From Promethearchaeia archaeon (GTDB lineage: Archaea > Asgardarchaeota > Lokiarchaeia > Sigyniarchaeales > SOKP01): 64,000 nucleotides of DNA. The position numbers and the translations under genes were made by a program. Of the stretch, positions 50,040 to 60,091 are shown in pieces (position 1 is the first letter of the stretch; the number at the start of each line of letters is the position of its first letter). The stretch covers positions 128,001 through 192,000 of the forward strand of contig JAHQWK010000002.1 in NCBI GenBank assembly GCA_029856145.1, in the 5' to 3' direction. The notes beneath the pieces are model-generated. The model was given only the letters and a program-made list of their open reading frames with translations. It ran no database searches and was not told where the DNA came from.

Positions 50040-50750
50040 ATGAAATTTAAAAAAATCATTACAATCTTAATTTTAACTAGTTTGATTATTCCTTGCATCT
50101 TAATTCCATTTAGTAATGCAGAAATTGAGTGGCAAGTTAGTGAAGGTGATGAATTTACTTGGGTTGTCAAAGAAACCAATGAATCTTTAGGTTTTCTCCC
50201 GGTAAACTCACGTTATGAAATGACAATCACTTCAATCAAGTCAGTATCAAGCATGGGTGTAGGGGAAGCAACTGAATTATATGTGGATCTCTCAGAATAT
50301 AATAGTGATACAGAACTTACAACTTCAATATTAACAAACCAGACATTTAGTACTTTCGATTCAGGAACAAATATCACTACACTTCATACCCCAATTGATG
50401 ATCATTGTTTCTTTATCCCTCCTGCTTATCGTGATGGGTTTGTAGTAGGGCTATTAAGTTTTTATGGAGGGTTTTTTGATTCAGCATATTCATTAACCAC
50501 ACAAGGGGTATTTACTTTTTTTGGATGGGTAAGTTCAACTGATTTATTATATATGTGGATGTTTAACAATAAGTTAGTATCTGATAATTTAGCAGTCGTT
50601 TTCCTAGATAAAGCAGATGAATTTCAGTACTGGCTTCAATTAAAGACTATTCCATCAATCTCAGCCGGAAATATCTTTTGGATTTTATTAGGAGTCACAA
50701 CTGTTTCATTGATTTATATTTATAGAAAGAAATTAAAAAATAACCACTAA
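50040..50750 (+). CDS. Secreted/surface protein with C-terminal sorting-type TM and basic tail
   Basis: Signal peptide, WQVSEGDEFTW, PSISAG + TM + RKKLK. Confidence 0.7.
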   Translation: MKFKKIITILILTSLIIPCILIPFSNAEIEWQVSEGDEFTWVVKETNESLGFLPVNSRYEMTITSIKSVSSMGVGEATELYVDLSEYNSDTELTTSILTNQTFSTFDSGTNITTLHTPIDDHCFFIPPAYRDGFVVGLLSFYGGFFDSAYSLTTQGVFTFFGWVSSTDLLYMWMFNNKLVSDNLAVVFLDKADEFQYWLQLKTIPSISAGNIFWILLGVTTVSLIYIYRKKLKNNH

Positions 50751-50784
50751 ACTATAACTTTTTTTTTAATAACTTTGATAATTT

Positions 50785-51774
50785 TTACCAAATGACCTGT
50801 TCATAATTACAATTTTTACATTCAATAGTTTTCCTCCTTTGAGGAAAATATGGAAAAATCGCACCACAGTTTTTACATTCTAAATCATAGACATCGTCTT
50901 TAGATTTTACAATCCCATTTGAGATAAGATGGTTTTTGAAATCATTTGAAATTTGCGTTAAAAGTGAGATTAATAGATAATGATTTGGTGATGAAGCAAT
51001 TATTTCAATTTTATTTGATATAATTTGACCTATTACTAAAATATCTTCTTTAATCATGGATTCTGTTCCGTAATACCATAAGATTCTTTTTTTAAGGTCT
51101 TTAGCGACTAACTGAAAATTACTGATAAAGAAAAGTTGTTCTAAAATCTCAAAAAATATTTCAGGATCTATTTGACGTTTGATTCCTACACCCATACTTT
51201 TTATTACTTTTTTAATTCCTGGTTGTTGAGCAAACTCTCTAATGAAACTTGAAGGAACAACTTTAGGTTCGATGGTTATTCTATCAACGGTTATCTCTGC
51301 AGGTCTTGAGTCCAGTACTCTAATTGTATCTTTATTATTCACATAAGTCACAATTGTCCTTATTTCTCCTATATTATCTAGAGAATTTGGCGTAAAATGA
51401 AGATGAATCTGTTTATTGCTTTTTTCATTTAATTCATCGAATTCGAGATTTATTTGTTTTATATTTGTCTCAGTCTTTATATTTGGAATATTTATCGTAG
51501 GGGGAAAACACCTTGAAAATGTGAAAAATTCAGGAAATTTTATTTTAATTTTCATTTCAGTAATAGGTGCTGAACTTTGGTTATCGATGAGAATCGAGTA
51601 TTGAAAATGACTGCCGAATGGTCTATAATCAGTCGCTAGTTTGATTTTGTCTTCTTGTTCAACTTTTTCAAACGAGTATGTATCGATTTCCTTAGCTCGA
51701 GTATCATCCTTAGTTTTAAAAAAAACTAAATCATGTACCTTAAGAGGGTTTTTGTCATTCTCTTTTTTCGCCAT
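50785..51774 (-). CDS. Hypothetical protein: beta-sandwich plus alpha/beta platform-like domain and C-terminal zinc ribbon
   Basis: ILIDNQSSAPITEMKIKIKFP; CKNCG...CKNC. Confidence 0.55.
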   Translation of the reverse strand: MAKKENDKNPLKVHDLVFFKTKDDTRAKEIDTYSFEKVEQEDKIKLATDYRPFGSHFQYSILIDNQSSAPITEMKIKIKFPEFFTFSRCFPPTINIPNIKTETNIKQINLEFDELNEKSNKQIHLHFTPNSLDNIGEIRTIVTYVNNKDTIRVLDSRPAEITVDRITIEPKVVPSSFIREFAQQPGIKKVIKSMGVGIKRQIDPEIFFEILEQLFFISNFQLVAKDLKKRILWYYGTESMIKEDILVIGQIISNKIEIIASSPNHYLLISLLTQISNDFKNHLISNGIVKSKDDVYDLECKNCGAIFPYFPQRRKTIECKNCNYEQVIW

Positions 51775-51902
51775 TTTTTTTTACATAAATAACAATTTTT
51801 TAAAGTCTAATATGAATTTTCGGAACCTTGATAATTAATTAAATTGTAATCTGATTTATATTTTTTTATAACTTTTATTAATTAATTATACTTGAATGTA
51901 AT

Positions 51903-52577
51903 ATGTTTGAAGAATTAGACACTTTATGGAGTTCGCCAACAATTAAACCTTCTTTTGAGTTAGTCCATGTTATTTTAGCGCTTTTTATATTTGAAGAAAA
52001 AAAGGAAGGAATTGGGAGATATCGTTTACAAAAAGAACTATCAATTGGTTCTGGGACAGCAAAATCTCTTATCAAAAAATTGAATGAGGACTTGAATTTT
52101 ATAAAAGTTTTTACTGATGAAAATGTAATAAAAGGCCATATTCTCACGAAAATTGGCTTAGAATTTGTAAAAAAAATTAAGCAGAAATTTCCATTAATAG
52201 AGGCGGGAGACTCTTCGGTAATGAAAGATATTGTCATTAAGTCAGAAGGTAAGAATTCTTATTTTTGTTTCGTAAGAAATGCAATTGATAGAATAACAAA
52301 TGGCATTGAACAAAGAGATGCTGCTATTAAAATTGGAGGTGTTGGAGCAACATGCCTATTTTATAATGGTAAAGATTTAATTTTTCCATCTTACTCCCTT
52401 TCTGAAAACGATAAAGAACAAATAGTAGTTGAAGATAATGTTTTTGAGTATATTTACTCTGTTATCCAAAAAAAAGGATCTCAATTAAAAGAAAATGATG
52501 TTATCATTATAGGGCTAGGTGACAATCTAGAAAGCGCAAGATTAGCTGCTTTAAATGCTGCTTTAACATTAACATAG
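51903..52577 (+). CDS. Archaeal winged-HTH protein (DUF2111/DUF4443-like)
   Basis: IGRYRL..EL.IG.G, GHILT..G, QRDAAIKIG..GATC. Confidence 0.7.
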   Translation: MFEELDTLWSSPTIKPSFELVHVILALFIFEEKKEGIGRYRLQKELSIGSGTAKSLIKKLNEDLNFIKVFTDENVIKGHILTKIGLEFVKKIKQKFPLIEAGDSSVMKDIVIKSEGKNSYFCFVRNAIDRITNGIEQRDAAIKIGGVGATCLFYNGKDLIFPSYSLSENDKEQIVVEDNVFEYIYSVIQKKGSQLKENDVIIIGLGDNLESARLAALNAALTLT

Positions 52578-52601
52578 TATAGGGGGTTAGATATCTCTTA
52601 A

Positions 52602-53093
52602 TTGAAGTATGAAAAAGATATTATTCTATTTATTGATAAAGAAATTATTAAACACATGATACAATGTATTGAGAAAGCTTCTCCTAATGAAGCTTGTGGC
52701 TTAATTTTTGGTAAAATAAAAGAACAAAAAAAACCTAATAGTGAAAAAGATTATTCTTATTACTACAATGCCTATAAGTTTGAGTGTATTGAATCTTCAC
52801 ACAAAAGTCCAGTTGCTTTCTTAATGGATGATTATGAGAAATTAATAAACCTCTCTAGTTCATATTCTAAAGATTTTAATTATCAATTACTCAGTATATT
52901 TCATTCTCATCCAGGAAGTGCTTATCCAAGTGGCGTAGATCTCCCCTACATAGAAAGTTATTATAAAAGTAATATAACTAAATTTAAGCATTTAATTTGG
53001 ACAATTATGAGTGCTGAAAGTAAAGAACTGAATGGATTTATCTATATTTTTAATGGACTTAAACAAATTTTAGTCCAAATTAGAAAGAAGTAA
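52602..53093 (+). CDS. JAB/MPN+ (JAMM) metalloprotease
   Basis: PNEACG, FHSHP..AYPS..D. Confidence 0.88.
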   Translation: MKYEKDIILFIDKEIIKHMIQCIEKASPNEACGLIFGKIKEQKKPNSEKDYSYYYNAYKFECIESSHKSPVAFLMDDYEKLINLSSSYSKDFNYQLLSIFHSHPGSAYPSGVDLPYIESYYKSNITKFKHLIWTIMSAESKELNGFIYIFNGLKQILVQIRKK

Positions 53094-53113
53094 TTTAACG
53101 CAATGAAAAGTTA

Positions 53114-53752
53114 TTAAACTTGTTTGAAACCGTTTTTATCAATGGAACAAATTTGAAGCTCAAACCCAGAACCGGCATCCCTCTCACGAGAGGCACTTAT
53201 TGCTGTTTTTATAAGTTCAATACCCTTAGCTTTAGTCAGGTTTGCTTTCCAATCTGATTCTAAAACACCCAGAGAGAACGGTGAACCTGAACCAAAGGAT
53301 AGATATTCGTTTTCTTCATATAATGTGCCCAAAAGGTCAATTCCGTAAAGTTTCCCAGATTTTTCACCCAATGAATAACCACCTACAATCATCAATGCAA
53401 GAAAATAAGTACGCCCACTGAATAATATATTCCGACAAGTGCTAGCCACATACTTTGGGTCGGGAACTATTCCCTCTTCAACTTCCTTTAATCGCGATAA
53501 AGCTTTTAATTGGTTAACAACATACTGACAATCTGCTACACCACCGGCAATTGTGGCAGCAGTATATTTATTTATTTCAAATAATTTTTGGGCTTGTTTG
53601 GAGATCACGACTGTTCCGCCAATCGCTTGTGATTCTGTGCCAATCACTACTCCGTCTTTTATAATTATTCCTACTGTCGTAGTGCCTGTTTGAAGTATTT
53701 TTTCAATTTGTTTTTGATCCAATTGCCTAAGATTATTGTTATTTTCCATCAT
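53114..53752 (-). CDS. psmB: Proteasome subunit beta
   Basis: Propeptide then G|TTTVG catalytic Thr, AGGVAD, GSGS, RDAGSG. Confidence 0.93.
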   Translation of the reverse strand: MMENNNNLRQLDQKQIEKILQTGTTTVGIIIKDGVVIGTESQAIGGTVVISKQAQKLFEINKYTAATIAGGVADCQYVVNQLKALSRLKEVEEGIVPDPKYVASTCRNILFSGRTYFLALMIVGGYSLGEKSGKLYGIDLLGTLYEENEYLSFGSGSPFSLGVLESDWKANLTKAKGIELIKTAISASRERDAGSGFELQICSIDKNGFKQV

Positions 53753-53932
53753 TTTGCGGTAAAGTAGAATCTTTTATCAATTATAGCTAAGTTAATGTTA
53801 TATAGTAAATAAAAATTTTGTCTATATTTATTTTGCTTTAATAAATCATAATTAAGTGGAATTTTAAAAAAATTTTAAAGAAATACTTCCTTATCTTATC
53901 TATTAAATTGGATTAAATTTGGTAAATGCTTT

Positions 53933-54310
53933 ATGGCACGTAGTCAAAGGAGAAGCAAAAGGAAATACACCGGAAAAAAGTATAAACACTTCAGAAAGAA
54001 GCGAAAAAGAGAACTTGAAGGTCCTCGAATTGATACAGCAATAGCTACAGAAAAGAAGAAAAAACAACGAGCAATGGGAGGTAATTTTAAACTTAAATTA
54101 TTCGCTACGCAATTCATTAACGTTACCGATCCAGGCACCAATAAAACTCAAAAAGTTAGAATATTAGGTTTTGAAGAGAATATTGCTTCAAAAGATTTGA
54201 ATCGACGGCATGTTCTAACAAAAGGAGCTGTTGTTGAAACAGAACTGGGAAATGTGAGAATTTCCAGCCGTCCTGGTCAACATGGAGTTCTTAATGGAGT
54301 TTTAGTTTAA
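53933..54310 (+). CDS. rps8e: 30S ribosomal protein S8e
   Basis: RKKRKRELEG, GGNFKLK, LTKGAVVET, SRPGQHGVLNG. Confidence 0.95.
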   Translation: MARSQRRSKRKYTGKKYKHFRKKRKRELEGPRIDTAIATEKKKKQRAMGGNFKLKLFATQFINVTDPGTNKTQKVRILGFEENIASKDLNRRHVLTKGAVVETELGNVRISSRPGQHGVLNGVLV

Positions 54311-54318
54311 ATTTAACC

Positions 54319-54690
54319 TTATTCTTGAATTTTAATATTTTTTACATTAGCTTTTTTACCTTCAATTATTTCAGTATTATTACTTCCACAATTAGAGCAT
54401 TTAAATAATTGAAGTCCTGTAAGTTGTGATTCTCGAGTTAAAGAAACTTCTGAGATTTTATTGCATTCTCGACATTTAATTTTACCGGGAGTAATTTTAA
54501 TATTCAATTTGGCACCTTCTGCTATTGACCCCTTAGTGGCCATCTCAAAAGAACGTTGAAGAAGTTCAGGAACAATAAGAGTTAATTCTCCAATTTCTAG
54601 TATTACCTCAGTAATTTTTTTAGCATTATATTTGAGTGCTGTAGCTTCAGCTACTTTAAAAATATTATAAGCAAAAGCAAATTCGTGCAT
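54319..54690 (-). CDS. hypA: Hydrogenase nickel metallochaperone HypA
   Basis: MHE, IGELT, CREC...CSNCGS. Confidence 0.92.
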   Translation of the reverse strand: MHEFAFAYNIFKVAEATALKYNAKKITEVILEIGELTLIVPELLQRSFEMATKGSIAEGAKLNIKITPGKIKCRECNKISEVSLTRESQLTGLQLFKCSNCGSNNTEIIEGKKANVKNIKIQE

Positions 54691-54700
54691 AATAGGAAAT

Positions 54701-54997
54701 CTAGGTTTTTGATTGTAATTTTCTTATTTCTTTAGCAATTTCAAGCATTACCTTACTTTTTTTCTTCCCTTTCGCGTTTATTATAACTCTTCCAGGTTCT
54801 TCCCACCATGATTTGGGGTATTTATAACTTCTTTCAATTTCAGCATGATAACCTAAATTTGTGGCAGCTTTTACTATCTCTTCTAGATTAACTTTATCTA
54901 TAGTGAATTTCCTTGGAAGTCGTCTACCATTACTCCGACTTCTTTTTGCATCAAAATATTGTGGCCAAAAAATTAAAAAAGGTTTTCTAGTCCTCAT
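54701..54997 (-). CDS. srp19: Signal recognition particle protein SRP19
   Basis: IFWPQYFD..RSRSNGRR, YPKSWW..GRV; start ATG 54997. Confidence 0.92.
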   Translation of the reverse strand: MRTRKPFLIFWPQYFDAKRSRSNGRRLPRKFTIDKVNLEEIVKAATNLGYHAEIERSYKYPKSWWEEPGRVIINAKGKKKSKVMLEIAKEIRKLQSKT

Positions 54998-55207
54998 TAA
55001 GTCGTTAAATAAATAAGTTTTTGATGAGAATAATAAGAAGTAAAACTTTTTAAGTAATTTAAAAATTATTGGTTTAAGATTTAAGATTAAGTACAAAAAA
55101 GATTTAATTACCAGTTTTCACTATTCTTTACATACTATATTAAACATGTCTCTTTATTAAAAGAGATAATTTATGAAATCATTAAATAGAAACACCCGTT
55201 TAGTAAA

Positions 55208-55312
55208 GGGAGGGTGGTCTAGATTGGTATGATACTCGGCTGGGGGCCGAGTGGCCGGGGAAAGACCAAACGTTTCGGTGGTCTTCCGGAAGTTCAAATC
55301 CCCCCTCTCCCA
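55208..55312 (+). tRNA. tRNA-Pro(GGG) with a 31-nt BHB-type intron in the T-stem (55261-55291, position 52/53)
   Basis: Acceptor GGGAGGG/CTCTCCC, anticodon arm CTCGG-CTGGGGG-CCGAG, central helix CCGG/CCGG, bulges GG|A and AA|G. Confidence 0.9.
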
Positions 55313-55407
55313 TTTATTAATCTACAGTTTTTTATTTTGTTAAAATTTATAAGTGGATCTAATCTATTTTTTGATAAAAAATAAAAATAAAAAAAGTTGA
55401 GTTAAAA

Positions 55408-55710
55408 GTGCCATGGAGTAAGTTGCAAGAATCTGATATGTTTATGCGTGTTGTGGCAATTGGTGGAGGAATTATTGCCCTAATAGAATCGTTATTGCAT
55501 TTGATAGGAATTCTCGAATTTTGGAGTTTTGGATGGATTATTGAGGTAATTGCTATTGGCCTCGCAATACTTCCTATTTTATTAGGATTAAAGCCAATTC
55601 ATTATACCCCTACATTCTTAGGCGTTTTTGGTATTCTTTTGATAATATTTTCAGTTTTCATTGGGGGACTAATCGTGTTTCTCGCAGCAATTATTGGAGC
55701 TATTACTTAA
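55408..55710 (+). CDS. Small membrane protein
   Basis: 100 aa, 3-4 hydrophobic segments. Confidence 0.6.
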   Translation: MPWSKLQESDMFMRVVAIGGGIIALIESLLHLIGILEFWSFGWIIEVIAIGLAILPILLGLKPIHYTPTFLGVFGILLIIFSVFIGGLIVFLAAIIGAIT

Positions 55711-55891
55711 TCCTATAAATATTTTTTTTTTATTTATTTTAAGAATCTTTACCTAATTTTTAAAAATTTTCAAATTAACCACTTTGAATTTATATAAATG
55801 CTTCGGATGAAGAATATGATTTTTCAACTTTAATTAAGAGTTTTGAAAATATTCTCTGATGGCATTAATATTCAAAAATGAAAAAATTGAA

Positions 55892-56761
55892 CTATTTACT
55901 TAGCGCAAGTGCTAAAACTAAAGCACCATAGAATTCAGAATGATCTCCGACTCTAGAAGTATCAATAATAGTTTTATCAATACCCATATAAATGGCTCCG
56001 TATGCCTTACCTCCACCTAAATGAACTAATGTACGATATATTAAATTTCCCGAAATCCCATCAGGTGCGATAATTAGATTCGATTTATTTTCAACAGCAT
56101 TTTCTATTAATATTTCATCATGAGTAATCCTTAAATTTGGGTATTTTTTCTTCATTACTTTAACAATTTTATCTGCATCTTGTATTGTTTGGTTAACTTT
56201 GTCTTCTCTTCCGATATCACCTAATCTTCCTCCACTTAAAATACTTATTTTAGGAACAATCTCGATTTCCTGCAATTCTTTAAGCGCTGATTCTATAAAG
56301 ATAATTTTGTTTTCTATGTTATTACATTCATCAATACCAACCGGACCATAGAAGAATTGATGCTCTTTAAAAGTTTCCAATATTGCTAGTCTATTAAATT
56401 CTTGACCATTAAGATTTTGTTTAAGATTTTTTAGAAATTTACTTGAGCTTAGTGATCCTCTAATAATAGCTTGAATGGAATTGCTCATTAAAAAATCAAT
56501 AATAGATTTTTCAGGATCTTGACATTCAACAAACTTTAATTGTGAATTTATTTTATTTTGTGGAGTATGTGGAAGAGATCTATTTAAATAATCCTTTTTT
56601 CCGAAAAAAGAAATGGTAGATTTAAAATTTTTTAAAAAATTTAAACTTGCTGTTAAGATTTTCTGATTGTGGTATTTAGAATCTCCTAATCCTATTCCAA
56701 TATTTATAGATTTTTTCTCTTTAGCCACTAATTCATATTTTTGTAATAAATTCATAATCAA
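55892..56761 (-). CDS. mtxX: MtxX / methanogenesis marker 4 family protein (phosphotransacetylase-like fold)
   Basis: IIRGSL, PVGIDE, LSGGRLGDIGR, APDGISGNLIYR, DTSR. Confidence 0.85.
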   Translation of the reverse strand: MIMNLLQKYELVAKEKKSINIGIGLGDSKYHNQKILTASLNFLKNFKSTISFFGKKDYLNRSLPHTPQNKINSQLKFVECQDPEKSIIDFLMSNSIQAIIRGSLSSSKFLKNLKQNLNGQEFNRLAILETFKEHQFFYGPVGIDECNNIENKIIFIESALKELQEIEIVPKISILSGGRLGDIGREDKVNQTIQDADKIVKVMKKKYPNLRITHDEILIENAVENKSNLIIAPDGISGNLIYRTLVHLGGGKAYGAIYMGIDKTIIDTSRVGDHSEFYGALVLALALSK

Positions 56762-56773
56762 TGGTTTTGTGTT

Positions 56774-57916
56774 TTAGAAAGCATAATAAAAAATATATAC
56801 TACTATTATTGTTAATGCATCATAAACCCCATGAGTTAAAATTACTGCTATTAAATTCTCATTTCTCCAATAATAAATTAATCCTAAAAATAATGATATT
56901 ATAAAGTAAGGAATAAATGATAGAACAAATGAAATAAGCAAGAGTATTGGTGTATCTAAAAACAAAATAACTATTCCCAATACATGAATCATTGCGAAAA
57001 CGAATGCTGTTATCAATATTCCTCCCATATTTCCTAAATTCCGCGTTAATCCTTTTTGCATAAATCCTCTAAATAATATTTCTTCAGAAGTTCCTATAAT
57101 TAATATCATTATTAAAGATAAGAGAATTAAGCTGAGAATATCTCCTTCTGAGATGATTATTTCAACATCACTGGTAGTACTACTGAGATCCCTTATAATC
57201 TCAACTCCAAAAAAAAACTCCAATGTTATCTCAGTTAAAAATGAAACCATATAAACTAATAATACTCCTGCCACAGCAAATCCCAATCCTATTAAAATTT
57301 CTTTAAATAATCCTTTTCTAGTTAATCCTTTTAGAGTAAATCCTAATAATCCTAATCTATTTTTCAAAGAAGGATTTTTGAGATATTTCCCTACATATAA
57401 TACAGGAACTAGTACAAAAATCAATTCGAAGAAAGAACTAAATATTATGAAATACGGATTTGCTATAAAATCAAATAAAGACTCTAAATTGAAAGAAAAA
57501 AAAATCATTATAGCAACGAGCCCAGCAATAATAAAATCCATTAGAAGAAAAGCCCCCAGGGATACTCCAATAGACGGCATTGTCCCCCATAATTCAAGAT
57601 TTTTTGTATTAATTATATCATCATCAGAAATTTTTTTCGACTTATAAGAAACTGAAGGTACGTAAGGTTGGGGATATTTTTTTGGCAGAATATAAGGATT
57701 TATCGATTTCGTTGGTTTTAATTGTTTATATTCTTTGAGATAATTAAGATCCGTCCCACAATTAATGCAAAATTTAAGTTTCTGAATTTTTGGAATTTTA
57801 TTACCACAAACAGGACAAAAAGCCCAAAATTTATCATTTAACTCTTTTCTATTATTAGAATTGGAGAATTTTTGCTCATTGTTAGGATCTTGAATTTCTT
57901 TATCAGTCATTATCAA
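56774..57916 (-). CDS. CPBP intramembrane protease with N-terminal zinc ribbon
   Basis: CPVCG...CINCG; SEEILFRG, FAMIH, HGVYD. Confidence 0.85.
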   Translation of the reverse strand: MIMTDKEIQDPNNEQKFSNSNNRKELNDKFWAFCPVCGNKIPKIQKLKFCINCGTDLNYLKEYKQLKPTKSINPYILPKKYPQPYVPSVSYKSKKISDDDIINTKNLELWGTMPSIGVSLGAFLLMDFIIAGLVAIMIFFSFNLESLFDFIANPYFIIFSSFFELIFVLVPVLYVGKYLKNPSLKNRLGLLGFTLKGLTRKGLFKEILIGLGFAVAGVLLVYMVSFLTEITLEFFFGVEIIRDLSSTTSDVEIIISEGDILSLILLSLIMILIIGTSEEILFRGFMQKGLTRNLGNMGGILITAFVFAMIHVLGIVILFLDTPILLLISFVLSFIPYFIISLFLGLIYYWRNENLIAVILTHGVYDALTIIVVYIFYYAF

Positions 57917-57995
57917 TTTACAGAAAGATATTTAATTACTAAAAGCTTTACATTTCAAATTAAAAATTACTAAAAGAAGTCTTCAAAATTGACTT

Positions 57996-59909
57996 TTAAA
58001 TTCCAATTCTCATAAATTTAAAAATCCTATTAATTTCAATGTCACTTTGAAAAATTCCTGAATTTAATACTGGATGATGGCTGTATTTAGCAAGTTCTTC
58101 ATCCCTTTCAACTTCTAATTCAAGTTTTATTGAGGGCATCCAAAATGTTTTATTACTATGTTGGTATTCAACCATTACCATATAAAGAAAGTTCCCTATT
58201 TTTTTCGGAATAATTTTAGTTTTGATTTTTGTTATTTCATTAGCTTTTAACCGTTTAATGCTTGTATACTCTAACTTAGATTCAAATGAATCAGACATAA
58301 AAAAGTAAATCTTTATATCCTTAATTTCACTAAAGTTAGGATTCTCAATGGAAACTGTTATGATTTCTGATTGATCTAACTTTAATTTTTTATTTTGTAC
58401 TTTGAGATCTATAAAAAGAGGGTATGCTACAACTTTTTCTTCTAAATTAAAACTTAAATTAATAAGTTTTTTAAGATTGGGTTTTAACTTTAAACTAAAT
58501 TGATTTTTTTGTTCTTCTAAAGAAAGAACTTGTTTACTTCTCGATTCTTCAAACTGTTGAAACATGTGATTAATATACTTTAAGATATATTTATCAAATT
58601 CTGAGTGTTTGTTTGATATTAACGAAATTAATTTCTTGTAATATTCTGCTTCAAGATCTCGAAGCAAAGGTTTCTCGAAAATATCCTTGATAAAATTTTT
58701 TAAGAGCTCATCTAATTGGATTAAACCATTATATTCAATTTCAAATTTCTCAATTTTCTTTCCATTCAACTTATTATCTTGCAAAATATCACTTATTGAA
58801 TTCAATACTTCAACAGATTCAGAGTTATAGGCATCAAGAGCCTTTAATATCATTTTTTCTAAGAGATTATTGAATTTTTGAACATTTTTATTTTTGTACC
58901 TGATGAATTCTGTACGGTAAGATTCTAAATATTTAACTAATTTTCCAGAATGCAGTTTTAAAAGGCTTCTTTGATATCTTTGATATCTTTCAGAAACATT
59001 TTTAATCCAATTTCGAACACTATTTAGTTTCTCCATATTTTCTTCAGTATTAAATATAAGATTCTCTTCCAAATTATCTGTAGATAACAATGGGCAATCA
59101 ATTTTTACTTTCTCTAATACTACACATGTATCGCGCTCTAACTGATATATGTTTTCAATTTGATTATATAAATTAAATTTCTGAAAATCATCTGCTTTGA
59201 TTTTAATTAGCTTATCAAGTAAATCTTCTAATTTATCGGAATAAAATTTCGGATTCTTGTTTAAGATTCTTCTTAATATTGAGGCAAATTCAGAAAGAAT
59301 AACATACATATCTTTTTTCTTATAAATATTGGAACTTGTATTTTCCAATTTAATGATATTACAAAAATCCACGATATTTTGATAGTTTTTCTCGGCAAGT
59401 TGATAGTATTTCGCACAATTCTCAAGATATAATGAGTTTTTTGCCAAATAACTATAATATAATCCTAGTAATGATTTATTGATAATAAAGGAATAATCTC
59501 TGAACTCTTCATATTTCTTTCTATTTTCATCATTTTTTATATGGGGTAATATGAATTCCTCAATAATTATCTCAAAATTACCCGCAGAACGAATTGTATA
59601 GAATAATTTTAATGGATCAACATTTATATTATCTAATTTAGTAATTATTAAATGCCTATATTCATTAAAATCAGATTTAAGATTATAGAAAAAGGTTTCA
59701 ATTAGAGATTTTCTTCTCTCGAGTTCTGAATCTTTAACTATTTTTACAGTTTTAGATAATTTAAGATTTAATATTTCTGCTAAATAATATTTAAAAGAAT
59801 AGATTGATTCCATATATAAAGTTTTTGCCTCACAATAAGGACACTGGGCAACAGATCCTTTTAAAATCGCTAAACTAGACCCACATTTCTTGCAAGGCAA
59901 ATACCGCAT
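57996..59909 (-). CDS. Hypothetical protein: zinc ribbon, helical middle, C-terminal Ig-like domain
   Basis: CKKCG...CPYC; ITVSIENPN..IKDIKI...IIPKKIG. Confidence 0.55.
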   Translation of the reverse strand: MRYLPCKKCGSSLAILKGSVAQCPYCEAKTLYMESIYSFKYYLAEILNLKLSKTVKIVKDSELERRKSLIETFFYNLKSDFNEYRHLIITKLDNINVDPLKLFYTIRSAGNFEIIIEEFILPHIKNDENRKKYEEFRDYSFIINKSLLGLYYSYLAKNSLYLENCAKYYQLAEKNYQNIVDFCNIIKLENTSSNIYKKKDMYVILSEFASILRRILNKNPKFYSDKLEDLLDKLIKIKADDFQKFNLYNQIENIYQLERDTCVVLEKVKIDCPLLSTDNLEENLIFNTEENMEKLNSVRNWIKNVSERYQRYQRSLLKLHSGKLVKYLESYRTEFIRYKNKNVQKFNNLLEKMILKALDAYNSESVEVLNSISDILQDNKLNGKKIEKFEIEYNGLIQLDELLKNFIKDIFEKPLLRDLEAEYYKKLISLISNKHSEFDKYILKYINHMFQQFEESRSKQVLSLEEQKNQFSLKLKPNLKKLINLSFNLEEKVVAYPLFIDLKVQNKKLKLDQSEIITVSIENPNFSEIKDIKIYFFMSDSFESKLEYTSIKRLKANEITKIKTKIIPKKIGNFLYMVMVEYQHSNKTFWMPSIKLELEVERDEELAKYSHHPVLNSGIFQSDIEINRIFKFMRIGI

Positions 59910-60091
59910 GAAAACTATTGTTCAAACTTAAATTAATTTATAATTATTCTTACAGAGTTATAAATTGCTAATTATTTATTAAAATTTTATCCTCAAAGTC
60001 TAGATTATCACAATATCTTGATGTGTTTTTTTACAAATTTGATCAAATAATTCAATAAAAATAGGTTCTAGTTTCTTATAAAAATAAATAA

